Below, piece after piece: positions 48,500-58,392 of a DNA stretch of 64,000 bases; within the stretch, counting starts at the first letter, position 1; every line of letters starts with the position of its first letter. The notes under the pieces were generated by a model. It searched no databases. It had not been told where the DNA came from and was given only the letters and a program-made list of their open reading frames with translations. The DNA comes from Candidatus Poribacteria bacterium (GTDB taxonomy: Bacteria > Poribacteria > WGA-4E > WGA-3G): assembly GCA_965214095.1 (NCBI GenBank), contig OZ243938.1, forward strand, positions 3,264,001 to 3,328,000, given 5' to 3'. The position numbers and the translations under genes were made by a program.

Positions 48500-50293
48500 G
48501 TGAAAAATTTGTTTGTTTTTGCAAGTATCCTTTCCGTGCTCTTCTTTCAAATGGGTTGTGGATCAGATGAAGATCAAATGGAAGTTGTGCCAGATACTGA
48601 AATGACTGAAGAAACTGATTCTATTGAGACATCAATAGACGTTGAGAAGACTGTACTTAAAGATATGAGTGAGGATGAAGTCCTGCAACTCACAAGCGAG
48701 AGTGCACTTGAATTAGTGACAGTGGTTGAAGGATCTAAGAAAACAAAATTAAAGGTTCGTTTTCGTGGTGTCCGAGATTTCGGTTTCGGATTCCCTCTAT
48801 ACGAGTGTGAGTTGATTGACCCATCTGCAGAAACATTGGGAGGTATTGCGCAAGGAATGTCCGGTTCACCTGTCGGTCCACCTGGACGGGTAATGGGTGC
48901 ACTTGCTTATGCTGATGCCTTCTCTCAGGCTCCTTATCGGTTTTGGGCTACATCAATAGATGCTATGAGGGAGGCAGTTGACCATCGGACATTTGGAGAA
49001 GTCTTGGATGAATCCTCTGCACCTGGTGCCCCTTCTGCTGTACTGAATTCCACATACACACCGGTAAAAACGCCGATAATGATTACAGGAGTCCAACCTT
49101 ACAGAATTAAGCAACTTACTGAACAACTTAAAGGTTCACGATTGAATTTTGTTGATTTATATTCTCATATAGGTTCTGCTCCCACAGGTTTAGCAACAGA
49201 CTTTTCGGATGAACTGGCTGCTGGGGATATGATCGGTGTTGCAATCGCTACTGGTGATGTAGTAAATGCTGTCGGTTTTGGAACGGTGACACAAGTTTAC
49301 GATGACAAGTTTGTTGCTTTCGGACATCCCATGTTCGGTGATGGAAAGGCATCACTACCGGTATATAGAGCAGTCGTAGATGGCATTGTTCCGAATCTAC
49401 GGATCTCATATAAATCGGTTGAATTATCTGGTGATCCTATTGGAACGATCACAAAAGATGTCACACCCGCAATTGTTGGTGAACTTGGTCCAGTTCCTGA
49501 TACGATCCCTGTTACTATCTCCTATCATCCTGCGAATCTTGACAAACCCGTTAAAAAGTATCATGAAGTAGCGTATGGTCAAGAGTCATATATTGGCTTA
49601 GTTGCTGCTTTGACTCAAGATGCAATTCGTATGGAGACAAGTCCTGGAACAACACACTGTGAAGTAACTCTAAAGTTTAAAGAGACCAACACCGATTTTA
49701 CCAGATCGTTTTGGAATATATCTACCGACCCGTTTATTGAGACATATATAAACGTTGACTCAATTGTATCTGCATTTACAAGCCGGATTCAAAACACTGC
49801 TGGCAAGGCAACTTTGAAAGATGTCTCAATAACTATAACGGATAGACCGCAGATCGGTCTTGCTGAGATTGAAAGTGTAAATGGACCGAGTACGATTAAA
49901 CGAGGTTCTTCTGCTACATTTTCAATTGTGTTAGTACCACACTGGAGTTCTGCAGGTGAGGAACGCACGATAGAGAAAGAAATTACATTGGATATTCCTG
50001 ATAATTTCCCTCTCGGAAGTGCCAATCTCAGTGTATCGGGTAGGTCTTACTCCAGTTTCTATGGAGATTATTTCTTTTTTGATGATTTTGACTTTGATGA
50101 TTTTGAAGATAAGATTCCAAAAACCTTGGACGATTTGATTGAAAAGTTGGAAGACGAAGAACAGAATCCGAGTGTAATTGAGGTAGAGTTGGAACCAAAT
50201 AACTTTGGAATCGACATAGAGAAAGAACTACACTTGGAAGGGTTTCTCGTGACCGGTTCAACAATCAAATTCATCACTATTGAGAGTCAGTAA
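48500..50293 (+). CDS. SpoIVB/peptidase S55-domain lipoprotein
   Basis: GIAQGMSGSPV, GALAY and AFGHPM motifs; QMGC lipobox after a GTG start (the ORF track opens at 48455). Confidence 0.82.
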   Translation: MKNLFVFASILSVLFFQMGCGSDEDQMEVVPDTEMTEETDSIETSIDVEKTVLKDMSEDEVLQLTSESALELVTVVEGSKKTKLKVRFRGVRDFGFGFPLYECELIDPSAETLGGIAQGMSGSPVGPPGRVMGALAYADAFSQAPYRFWATSIDAMREAVDHRTFGEVLDESSAPGAPSAVLNSTYTPVKTPIMITGVQPYRIKQLTEQLKGSRLNFVDLYSHIGSAPTGLATDFSDELAAGDMIGVAIATGDVVNAVGFGTVTQVYDDKFVAFGHPMFGDGKASLPVYRAVVDGIVPNLRISYKSVELSGDPIGTITKDVTPAIVGELGPVPDTIPVTISYHPANLDKPVKKYHEVAYGQESYIGLVAALTQDAIRMETSPGTTHCEVTLKFKETNTDFTRSFWNISTDPFIETYINVDSIVSAFTSRIQNTAGKATLKDVSITITDRPQIGLAEIESVNGPSTIKRGSSATFSIVLVPHWSSAGEERTIEKEITLDIPDNFPLGSANLSVSGRSYSSFYGDYFFFDDFDFDDFEDKIPKTLDDLIEKLEDEEQNPSVIEVELEPNNFGIDIEKELHLEGFLVTGSTIKFITIESQ

Positions 50294-50322
50294 ATCTGAC
50301 TCGTGTATGTATAACACAACCT

Positions 50323-50362
50323 AAACGGCAGGTGATTTTATTCATCTGCCGTTTTGCTTTTT
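50323..50362 (+). terminator. Rho-independent terminator
   Basis: aaacggcaggtga/tcatctgccgttt stem followed by a T-rich tail. Confidence 0.7.
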
Positions 50363-50503
50363 AAGTATCAAATATTCGTTAAAATGTAAGGAAACAGATT
50401 GCTATGTTGGGTGTGGTGTGCTATACTAATGTATGAACAGGAAATAGAAAACAAAGGACAAAAAACCTTATAAATGCGATTTTGATGGAGTATAAACACA
50501 CAC

Positions 50504-50977
50504 TTGCAAAATTATCAACCTTTGAGAATTTATCTTGACACTTGCTGTCTGAGTCGTATTTTTGATAATCAGGCGCAATCTAAAGTTCGTCAAGAAACCG
50601 AGGCAATGATATTGATTCTTAGTCGTTTGCAGGATGGATCATGGATTTGGGTTTCTAGTGGAATTTTGGAATTAGAAGTTGAAAAAAATCCTAATGAAAT
50701 ATATCGTTCTGAAATTAAAAGTTGGTTGGCTGACGCACATCAAGATGTTGCCGTTGAGACAGGTGAAATTTCAAGAGGAAGATATCTACAATCAATTAGT
50801 TTTAAGAAGAAAGATGCTTTGCATCTGGCTTGTGCAGAGAGCGGAGCGGCAGATGTTTTATTAACTACAGATGACGGTTTTCTCAAGAAGGCAAAAAGTG
50901 TGCAAAATCAACTTATCATTCAAGTTGATAATCCTCTGGAATGGCTTAAAAAGGTGACAGAAAATGAAGATACTTGA
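50504..50977 (+). CDS. PIN-domain (VapC-like) toxin
   Basis: RIYLDTCC, ELE, DALHLACA and LLTTDD acidic residues. Confidence 0.88.
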   Translation: MQNYQPLRIYLDTCCLSRIFDNQAQSKVRQETEAMILILSRLQDGSWIWVSSGILELEVEKNPNEIYRSEIKSWLADAHQDVAVETGEISRGRYLQSISFKKKDALHLACAESGAADVLLTTDDGFLKKAKSVQNQLIIQVDNPLEWLKKVTENEDT

Positions 50978-51701
50978 GATGACAGATAAAGAACTATATG
51001 AACACGGTCAAAAGGCACTTGCAGACAAACTTGGTGCCGATCAGGTCGGTCGGTTTATTCGCCAATGCAAACCGGGTGAGGGTGACTACTCTGTTGACCG
51101 CCATAAATTGTTAGCAAATCACGGAGATATTGACACAATTGTAGAACGTATCGAAGAGAGACGCAGAGCAAAAAAAGTAGAAGACCGTAAACGTGCTGAA
51201 AGATTCAATGCGTCTCAAGACGATATCCGAAAAATGACGGATATTGAAATATTTGAAATCGGACTTCAAGTTCTTGTTGATAAACTTGGGATCGCTGGGT
51301 ACTGGCGGTTTTTTCAGCAGTGCCAAGAGATTAACAGAGGTTATCCTATTAACCACATTCAAAGCAAAGAGGATGCCGAAGAAGAAATTGCACTTTATAC
51401 TGCAGGTATAACACTTAATCCGAAAACGGTTGAGAGTTATATCAAGCGGGGCAATGCCTATAGTTACATCGGAGAATATGACAAAGCCATCGTAGATTTT
51501 AGTGAAGCGATAAAACTCAAACCTGATTATGCTGAAGCATATAGCAATCGCGCAAAAGTTTATCTGAAAAAAGTTGATTTTGACAAAGCAATTGAAGACT
51601 ATACCAAAGTTATAGAACTCAATCCGCAAGATGTTGATGCGTATTACACACGCGGTAAACTTTACGATATGAAGAAAAGTAATGATGATCGTATACCTTA
51701 A
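50964..51701 (+). CDS. Duplicated antitoxin-like domain fused to TPR repeats
   Basis: MTD.E..E.G...L.DKLG.....RF..QC occurs twice, followed by about 3 TPRs; overlaps the PIN gene. Confidence 0.75.
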   Translation: MKILEMTDKELYEHGQKALADKLGADQVGRFIRQCKPGEGDYSVDRHKLLANHGDIDTIVERIEERRRAKKVEDRKRAERFNASQDDIRKMTDIEIFEIGLQVLVDKLGIAGYWRFFQQCQEINRGYPINHIQSKEDAEEEIALYTAGITLNPKTVESYIKRGNAYSYIGEYDKAIVDFSEAIKLKPDYAEAYSNRAKVYLKKVDFDKAIEDYTKVIELNPQDVDAYYTRGKLYDMKKSNDDRIP

Positions 51702-51839
51702 CAACTATTCTGCCCATAGAAGAAAAATGTGTATTTACAACGAACAATTCACAATAATCAACAAAGATGTACTGATGACCAATGCTATTGAATCTGTGCA
51801 AAAAAAAAGAGGCACGGACACTAATTCAAGAAACAGTAA

Positions 51840-52127
51840 ATGAATATCCGCTTTAACACCGATAGAGCAACTGACTTGCCTCATATTTATAAGCATGGTG
51901 TTAATGAGGATAAGGTTGAAGATGTTTTACTGAATCCTGGCGGAGACAGGACAGGAAGTAATAATTCAAGAGTTGCTATTGGCCAAACACGAGTGGGACG
52001 CTATTTACGATTCATTTATCTTCGCGATCCCGAACCTAATAGTATTTTTGTGCTTACGGCTTAAGAATTGAATGGGAAACCTTTAACGGCTTACCGCCGA
52101 CGACAACGGAGGAGAGGCAGACGATGA
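51840..52127 (+). pseudogene. BrnT/DUF4258-like toxin with premature TAA
   Basis: HIYKHGV.E..VEDVL..P......RVAIGQT..GRYL..IY. TAA at 52062-52064 interrupts TA(Y)ELNGKPLTAYRRR, which continues in frame to a TGA overlapping the next ATG (ATGA). Confidence 0.72.
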
Positions 52128-53629
52128 AACAGAATAAATTTCCCCCTGGCTGGGATGAGGAACGTGTGCAAAAGGTCATTGCATATTATGAAAATCAGAT
52201 GGAAGATGAAGCCGTCGCTGAAACTGAGGAAGCATTTCGCAATGAATCTATTAACGATCAATCCGATTCCCAAAATGAACGAAATAGAGTTTTAGAAAAG
52301 ATTCAAGAGATAGTGGAAAAATCTTCTGATGGAAATTATATCTATCGCGGAGAACCTCAATGTTATCCAAAAGTCTCTTCAGGGTTATATCGCCAATATG
52401 GAGGAGATTTTGGAATAGAAGATTCTGACATTGAAATCATCCAAGAAACAATGATTGTAGGGATGGCTAAAGACTATATGGATCAAACAGACGAATCAAA
52501 AATCCTAACTGAACTCCAACACTATGGTGGCAAAACTAATCTGATAGATTTTACGACTGATTATCTTATTGCCCTCTTTTTTGCCTGTGATGGATCTCAT
52601 CACGAAGAAGGTAGGGTTATCTTATTAAAAAAAGAATCGGAAGAGTACAAAGTTAGAGTGCCTTCCAAAGCGTTTAAGCGTTCTACATTCCAGAAGGGTA
52701 TCTTTATTCAATCACCCAAGGGTTTCGTTGTTCCAGATAAGGTAGTCACTATTCCAAAAACTCTCAAACACCCTATTTTAAACCATCTACAAAAATATCA
52801 TGACGTGTCTACTAGACACATCTACAACGATATACATGGGTTTATAAAATGGCTAGGTATTCACATAGATGCCCATGTGGAAGCAGCTAAAGGAACAATC
52901 TTTCAACATAGAGGAGATTTAGGGAAGAGTAGAAAGGAAAAACTGAAATGTTATGAAAAAGCTATTGCCTATTACTCTGAAGCCTTAAAACTAAATTCGA
53001 ACTTGTTTGATGTCTATAATAAACGAGGAATTGTTTACAACGATAAAGGCAAGTACGACCTAGCTATTAAAGATTATAATACAGCAATAGAATTGAAACC
53101 AGGGATCGCTAGGTCCTATTCTAATCGCGGTGTTACTTACACCGAAAAAGGCAATTTTGAGTTTGCCTTCGCTGATTTTAACACAGCGATAGAATTGGAT
53201 CCAAATGATGCTATGGCATATTCCAATCGAGGTGGGATTCACTTCTTAAAAGGCAATTTTGAGTTTGCCTTCGCTGACTTTAACACAGCGATAGAATTAG
53301 ATCCTGGTAACGCCGAGACCTATTCTAATCGCGGCAACGCTTATCTCTTCAAAGGCGATTTGGAATTCGCCCTCACTGATTTTGATGAAGTGATAAAGTT
53401 GAGACCAGAATCTGTTGATGCTTATTTTACTCGTGGAATAATTAGGTTATGCCTACAAGAATGGGAAAAAGCGAAGAAAGATCTGACCTTTGCTAGAGAC
53501 TTTGGGATGAATATCATGAACCTATTTCATAGCCGATACGAAAGCATTGAAAACTTTGAACTACAAAATAATGTCAAGTTGCCAGAAAACTTGGCAGCAA
53601 TGTTAAAGCAAACAGTAGAAACCAACTAA
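52124..53629 (+). CDS. Antitoxin-like N-terminus + FRG domain + TPR repeats
   Basis: FPPGWDEERVQKV..YYE.Q.EDEAVAE N-terminus; FRG motifs YIYRGE, LQHYG..T.LIDFT.D..IALFFAC; about 6 TPRs. Confidence 0.85.
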   Translation: MKQNKFPPGWDEERVQKVIAYYENQMEDEAVAETEEAFRNESINDQSDSQNERNRVLEKIQEIVEKSSDGNYIYRGEPQCYPKVSSGLYRQYGGDFGIEDSDIEIIQETMIVGMAKDYMDQTDESKILTELQHYGGKTNLIDFTTDYLIALFFACDGSHHEEGRVILLKKESEEYKVRVPSKAFKRSTFQKGIFIQSPKGFVVPDKVVTIPKTLKHPILNHLQKYHDVSTRHIYNDIHGFIKWLGIHIDAHVEAAKGTIFQHRGDLGKSRKEKLKCYEKAIAYYSEALKLNSNLFDVYNKRGIVYNDKGKYDLAIKDYNTAIELKPGIARSYSNRGVTYTEKGNFEFAFADFNTAIELDPNDAMAYSNRGGIHFLKGNFEFAFADFNTAIELDPGNAETYSNRGNAYLFKGDLEFALTDFDEVIKLRPESVDAYFTRGIIRLCLQEWEKAKKDLTFARDFGMNIMNLFHSRYESIENFELQNNVKLPENLAAMLKQTVETN

Positions 53630-53711
53630 TACACCTGGTGCATAGGAGAAAAATATGTATTATAGCAATCAATAATTCACAATCCGTATGCATGTTTAGG
53701 AGTAACAAAGA

Positions 53712-54272
53712 ATGAACGGTCATGAGACGATAGGTATTAATCTTTTAAAAAAACTCAAACTCAATCTTGCTAAAGTATACAACACTCGTGCAGAAATTCA
53801 CTACAAAAATTGTAATTTTGGCAATGCTATCGCAAACTATACCAAGGCAATACAACTAAATCTTCAAGATGCTGAGGCATATTATACGCGTGGAAAACTT
53901 TACGACGAAGATAAACAGTATGACAAAGCAATCTCGGATTTTAGCATAGCAATTAAACTTAACCCAAAGCATGCTGATGCGTGGGGTTTTCGCGCTACTC
54001 TTTACAGTGAACAAGGTGAGTATGATAAGGCAATTGAGGGGTATAGTAAGGAGATAGAACTTCGACCCTATGATGCCGAGATCTATGAAGAGCGCGGTAA
54101 AATTTATGTCAAAATAGGCAAATTTGACAAAGCTGTTGCGGATTTTACAGAGGCAATAAAACGAGTGCCAAGTTTTACAGATGCTTACTTTGAACGCGCT
54201 ATGGCTTACTTGCGATTGGATAGGTTGGAGTGTGCGATGCAGGATTTTGATAAGATTTCAGAATTGAGATAG
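53712..54272 (+). CDS. TPR-repeat protein
   Basis: About 5 TPR units (AYY.RG..Y.....YDKAI.DFS.AI.LNP). Confidence 0.85.
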   Translation: MNGHETIGINLLKKLKLNLAKVYNTRAEIHYKNCNFGNAIANYTKAIQLNLQDAEAYYTRGKLYDEDKQYDKAISDFSIAIKLNPKHADAWGFRATLYSEQGEYDKAIEGYSKEIELRPYDAEIYEERGKIYVKIGKFDKAVADFTEAIKRVPSFTDAYFERAMAYLRLDRLECAMQDFDKISELR

Positions 54273-54421
54273 GATTCTAAGTCAATCCATGTTGCATGAT
54301 GTGTCATTTGGTCACACCTGAAAGAATAAGAAAATTCTAAAATAGATTTGGGATGTGCCAAATATTAAAGTGAATCTTGTTAGTGTATTTCAACAATTTT
54401 ACTAAAGTATTGAGGATGTAG

Positions 54422-55606
54422 ATGTTGGCGCAAACAATTTCAGATATTGTACGGTGTAAGCAAACAATTGAGGAATATCAGTTTGACGAAACTGCTACAA
54501 AACAGTACATCGTTCTGCCAATCTTAAGAGCCTTGGATTGGCACGATAGTAATTTGTATACCCTGGAAGTTTTCCCTGAAAAGAAAATCGGGAGTGGAAA
54601 AGTTGACTACGCATTACAACATGATCAAACCTCTTTGATATTCATTGAATGCAAACGTTGGGGAGTAAATATTGAAAAATATCAAGAACAGATCTGTAAC
54701 TATGCTTTTCGTGCTGGAATTGAGATAGCTGTTATTACTAATGGAAAAATATGGGATTTCTATCTTCCTGACCAAACAAGTACGGTTGACAGAAGAGTTG
54801 TTCCGTGGGAGGATAGAATTTTCTGTTCTATTGATCTTGATTTGCAACAAGAAGCAGTATATGACTTTCAGAAGTACCTTTCTAAAACGAATGTGGAACA
54901 AGGAAATGCAAAATCAGATGCTCAAGAGGCATTTCAACCCCAAACTGTGGAAACACCTTTACCGAGACGGAGTTATGGCATACCTATATTGAGATCATTA
55001 GTAGAACTGGGAGGTACCGCAGCTACTCATCAAGTTTTAGATATGGTTTACCAACTCATGGAAACAGTTAACGAGCTGCGAGAAATAGATAAATCGCGTC
55101 GATCAGACGGGCAGTTTTATTGGGATAACCGAACGCAAGATATGCGAAGACAATTGATCAGTAAAGGCTTAATGAAGAGCGATTCTCCATGGGGTATTTG
55201 GGAAATTACCTCTGCGGGACGTGAATATGTCCGCGATACAGATGACTATGATCCTTCTCAATTTCTACAATCTGCTATCTCTTTTGAAGAAAACAACGCT
55301 GAACCTTCCAATGTCCCCCTAACCCGAAGGCGTTATGCTCTACCTATTTTAATCGCATTAAGCCAACTTGGAGGCACTGCAGCAACTAGCGATGTGCTCA
55401 GAACAGTTCGCCAATTGATGTCGGATGAACTGAAACCAATAGATCTTTCACAACGACCCGCAGGACATTTGTATTGGGAGAATCGAATACATGATATGCG
55501 GAGAGAATTGATAAATAAAGGTTTGTTGAAGGGGAATTCTCCGCGCGGTATATGGGAAATCTCTGAAGCGGGACGTAACCATCTTCTTAATAATGGAGGA
55601 ACCTAA
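54422..55606 (+). CDS. HsdR_N-like PD-(D/E)XK nuclease fused to two Mrr_N-like winged-helix domains
   Basis: E..T....VLPIL.ALDW, VDYAL, IECK, Q...YA and ITNG..W motifs; PIL..L..LGG.A...W.NR...R..L...GL....SP.GIWEI repeated twice. Confidence 0.8.
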   Translation: MLAQTISDIVRCKQTIEEYQFDETATKQYIVLPILRALDWHDSNLYTLEVFPEKKIGSGKVDYALQHDQTSLIFIECKRWGVNIEKYQEQICNYAFRAGIEIAVITNGKIWDFYLPDQTSTVDRRVVPWEDRIFCSIDLDLQQEAVYDFQKYLSKTNVEQGNAKSDAQEAFQPQTVETPLPRRSYGIPILRSLVELGGTAATHQVLDMVYQLMETVNELREIDKSRRSDGQFYWDNRTQDMRRQLISKGLMKSDSPWGIWEITSAGREYVRDTDDYDPSQFLQSAISFEENNAEPSNVPLTRRRYALPILIALSQLGGTAATSDVLRTVRQLMSDELKPIDLSQRPAGHLYWENRIHDMRRELINKGLLKGNSPRGIWEISEAGRNHLLNNGGT

Positions 55607-55608
55607 AA

Positions 55609-56457
55609 ATGAAAAATGATACTAAACCTATTAAAGCAGCACAGACAGCAACTATAGAAGGATCACCAACACCAGTATCTCCTGGTGAACTTAGCGGAAG
55701 AAAAAATATCCTTACAGATACCCTCTATGAAATGGGTTATGATGACACGTTGGTAGACATTTTGATAGAAAGAAATGTAATAGATTTCAGCATTGTTGAC
55801 TACACAAGCCATATCAAGTACCAACTTAAAGAACATTATGGTGAATCTATTGCGTGGGATGAAAGTCTTGAAGAAGCTGTTGTAATTGAAGGTTTGAATG
55901 TTTCTCTAATAGGTGAATTAGGAAGGAATTGGCGTGGATCTGAAAGCGATACTTTTCAAGAACGGATCCTTGATATGATCGTGCCTTCACTTAAAAAGTT
56001 AGGTTTGAAAGCTGTTTTACGTTATGATTTAGTGAAAAGTATTACGTTATCCGAAGAATTGGAAGGAGTTAAACGACATTTGTCAATTGATTATGGTGAA
56101 TACAATTTTATTCTCCCATATATTAATATTGTTATATACAACTCTGAAAATTGGCGTGTTGTCGCTGTAATTTCGTGTAAAGTCAATTTGAGAAACCGAA
56201 TCATTGATATGGCTTATTGGAAACTCAAACTTAATGCAAACGAAAATACAGCTGCTATCAAATTTTATCTTATCACAACTGATTTGGATGGAACCTTGAA
56301 AATTACAGACGGACAACAGAATGGACGCGCCATTGTAGAAACAGATCTTGACGGTACTTATGTCCTAACGAAGGAAGAATTTGATGAAAGCGACAAGGTC
56401 AAACTCTTCGAACATTTCATTGAGGATTTCAAAAAAGTCATAGAAGAAAATCAATAA
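55609..56457 (+). CDS. BsaWI-like type II restriction endonuclease-domain protein, probably degenerate
   Basis: IDYGEY..LP....VIY......VAVISCKV.LR.RI...AYWKLKL resembles the BsaWI family, but the expected acidic residues read PYIN and LRNR. Confidence 0.62.
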   Translation: MKNDTKPIKAAQTATIEGSPTPVSPGELSGRKNILTDTLYEMGYDDTLVDILIERNVIDFSIVDYTSHIKYQLKEHYGESIAWDESLEEAVVIEGLNVSLIGELGRNWRGSESDTFQERILDMIVPSLKKLGLKAVLRYDLVKSITLSEELEGVKRHLSIDYGEYNFILPYINIVIYNSENWRVVAVISCKVNLRNRIIDMAYWKLKLNANENTAAIKFYLITTDLDGTLKITDGQQNGRAIVETDLDGTYVLTKEEFDESDKVKLFEHFIEDFKKVIEENQ

Positions 56458-56461
56458 CCAC

Positions 56462-57361
56462 ATGAAAACAGCAAATGCACCATGCTCTTGGGGTGTGCTT
56501 GAATTTGACCTGCAAGGCAAATCCCCTGATTATACCCAAGTCTTAGACGAAATGCACGATATCGGTTACCTCGGCACAGAATTGGGAGATTGGGGATTCA
56601 TGCCAACTGATCCCGCACAACTCCGTGACGAACTTGCTGCACGCGAGTTAACGCTCTTAGGTGCTTTTGTGCCGGTTGCTTTAGCAGATACAGAGACACA
56701 CACAGCAGGTGAAGAATCAGCATTGCAACATGCGCGTCTGTTAGCAGAAGTGGCGGGTGACACACCGTTCATCGTGCTGGCAGATGATAACGGGACAGTG
56801 GAACATCGCACACACAACGCAGGACGTATCCATCCTGAACACGGATTAACGCAGGAGCAGTGGGACACTTTTGTGCGGGGTGTGCATCGTATTGCGCAAT
56901 CTGTGCAGGACGACACTGGACTCCGCACCGTTTTTCACCATCATTGCGCAGGATATGTAGAAACTCCCGCAGAGGTGGATACGTTGATGCAACATACTGA
57001 TCCGAATCTGGTTGGGTTGTGTTTTGATACGGGACATTTCCGTTTCGGTGGTGGTGATCCGATTGATATATTTGATCGTTATGCTGATCGGATATGGCAT
57101 GTGCATTTCAAGGATTGCCAACCTAATATCGCTACCCGTTCTCGTAAAGACGGATGGGATTACTTCAAATCTGTAGAGAATGGCGTTTTTTGCGAATTGG
57201 GTAAAGGTGAGGTAGATTTCCCATCGTTCATAGCCGAATTGCAAAATAGGAACTACGACGGATGGATCGTTGTTGAGCAGGATGTTTTGCCGGGAATGGG
57301 TAGTCCATATCAGAGTGCAAAACGGAATTACCAATATCTGAGTTCAATCATTACAACATGA
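56462..57361 (+). CDS. iolE: myo-inosose-2 dehydratase-like TIM barrel
   Basis: NAPCSWG, GTELG, HHH...YVET, DTGH, HVHFKD and WIVVEQD motifs; adjacent to iolG. Confidence 0.8.
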   Translation: MKTANAPCSWGVLEFDLQGKSPDYTQVLDEMHDIGYLGTELGDWGFMPTDPAQLRDELAARELTLLGAFVPVALADTETHTAGEESALQHARLLAEVAGDTPFIVLADDNGTVEHRTHNAGRIHPEHGLTQEQWDTFVRGVHRIAQSVQDDTGLRTVFHHHCAGYVETPAEVDTLMQHTDPNLVGLCFDTGHFRFGGGDPIDIFDRYADRIWHVHFKDCQPNIATRSRKDGWDYFKSVENGVFCELGKGEVDFPSFIAELQNRNYDGWIVVEQDVLPGMGSPYQSAKRNYQYLSSIITT

Positions 57362-58380
57362 ACACACCATCAAAAATTGGTGTCGGTGTAATCGGAACGG
57401 GACGCATCGGCAAACTCCACATTGAACATCTTTCCCAGAATATACCCGAAGCAGATCTCGTTGCGATATGCAGCTTAGACACTAAAACAGCAGAATCTCT
57501 TGCCGAACAGTTCAAAATCCCAACGATAACCACCGATTATCTCACACTCATATCAAATTCACAGATTGATGCTGTGATAGTGGCATCTTCAACGGATACA
57601 CACGTTGAGATATGTCAAGCAGCAGCTGCCGCAGGTAAGCACATATTCTGTGAGAAGCCAATAGCCTTAGACTTGGATCAGATTGACGAAACTTTAGCAT
57701 CTATTGAAGACGCAGCAGTGAAGTTTCAGGTGGGTTTCAATCGCAGGTTTGATAAGAACTTTATGCAAGTGCATGAGGCGATTGAATCTGGTGAGATAGG
57801 CGATCCGCACATTTTGCGCATCACAAGTCGTGATCCTGCACCACCACCGATTGAATATGTCAAAATATCAGGTGGGATGTTTCTTGACATGACGATACAC
57901 GACTTTGATATGGCACGTTATCTCATCCGTGAGGAAGTTGATGAGATATACGCTGTGGGAGGTGTCCGTGTTGATCCGATAATCGGGGAGGTAGGAGACA
58001 TTGATACTGCGATCATTACGCTCCGTTTCCAAAACGGAGTGCTTGCGACCATTGATAACAGCAGACAGGCAGTTTATGGATATGATCAGCGGGTAGAGGT
58101 ATTCGGTTCAAAAGGCATGATTTCGGTTGAAAATCCGTTGACTAATTCGGTAAATTTCAGTGGCAGAGAGGGGAGTCGTGCCGCGTTGCCACCATACTTC
58201 TTTATAGAACGTTACAAGGAAGCATATCTGTCGGAGATGGAGGCGTTTATTCGTTGTATAATGGAGGATACAGAACCTGCTGTAACAGGTGTAGATGGTC
58301 GTGTGCCTATTGTGATAGGGTATACTGCATTGAAATCGCTTCGTGAAAACCGTCCTGTTCTTTTATCTGAAATCTCGTAG
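57358..58380 (+). CDS. iolG: Inositol 2-dehydrogenase
   Basis: GTGRIG, CEKP, GFNRRFD, DMTIHDFD and YGYDQRVEVFG motifs. Confidence 0.92.
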   Translation: MNTPSKIGVGVIGTGRIGKLHIEHLSQNIPEADLVAICSLDTKTAESLAEQFKIPTITTDYLTLISNSQIDAVIVASSTDTHVEICQAAAAAGKHIFCEKPIALDLDQIDETLASIEDAAVKFQVGFNRRFDKNFMQVHEAIESGEIGDPHILRITSRDPAPPPIEYVKISGGMFLDMTIHDFDMARYLIREEVDEIYAVGGVRVDPIIGEVGDIDTAIITLRFQNGVLATIDNSRQAVYGYDQRVEVFGSKGMISVENPLTNSVNFSGREGSRAALPPYFFIERYKEAYLSEMEAFIRCIMEDTEPAVTGVDGRVPIVIGYTALKSLRENRPVLLSEIS

Positions 58381-58392
58381 AAACACGAAACA

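Noticed and set aside
51111-51704. 197-aa minus-strand ORF
   Set aside because: It is antisense to the TPR gene and has the Phe/Ile-rich composition typical of a shadow frame.
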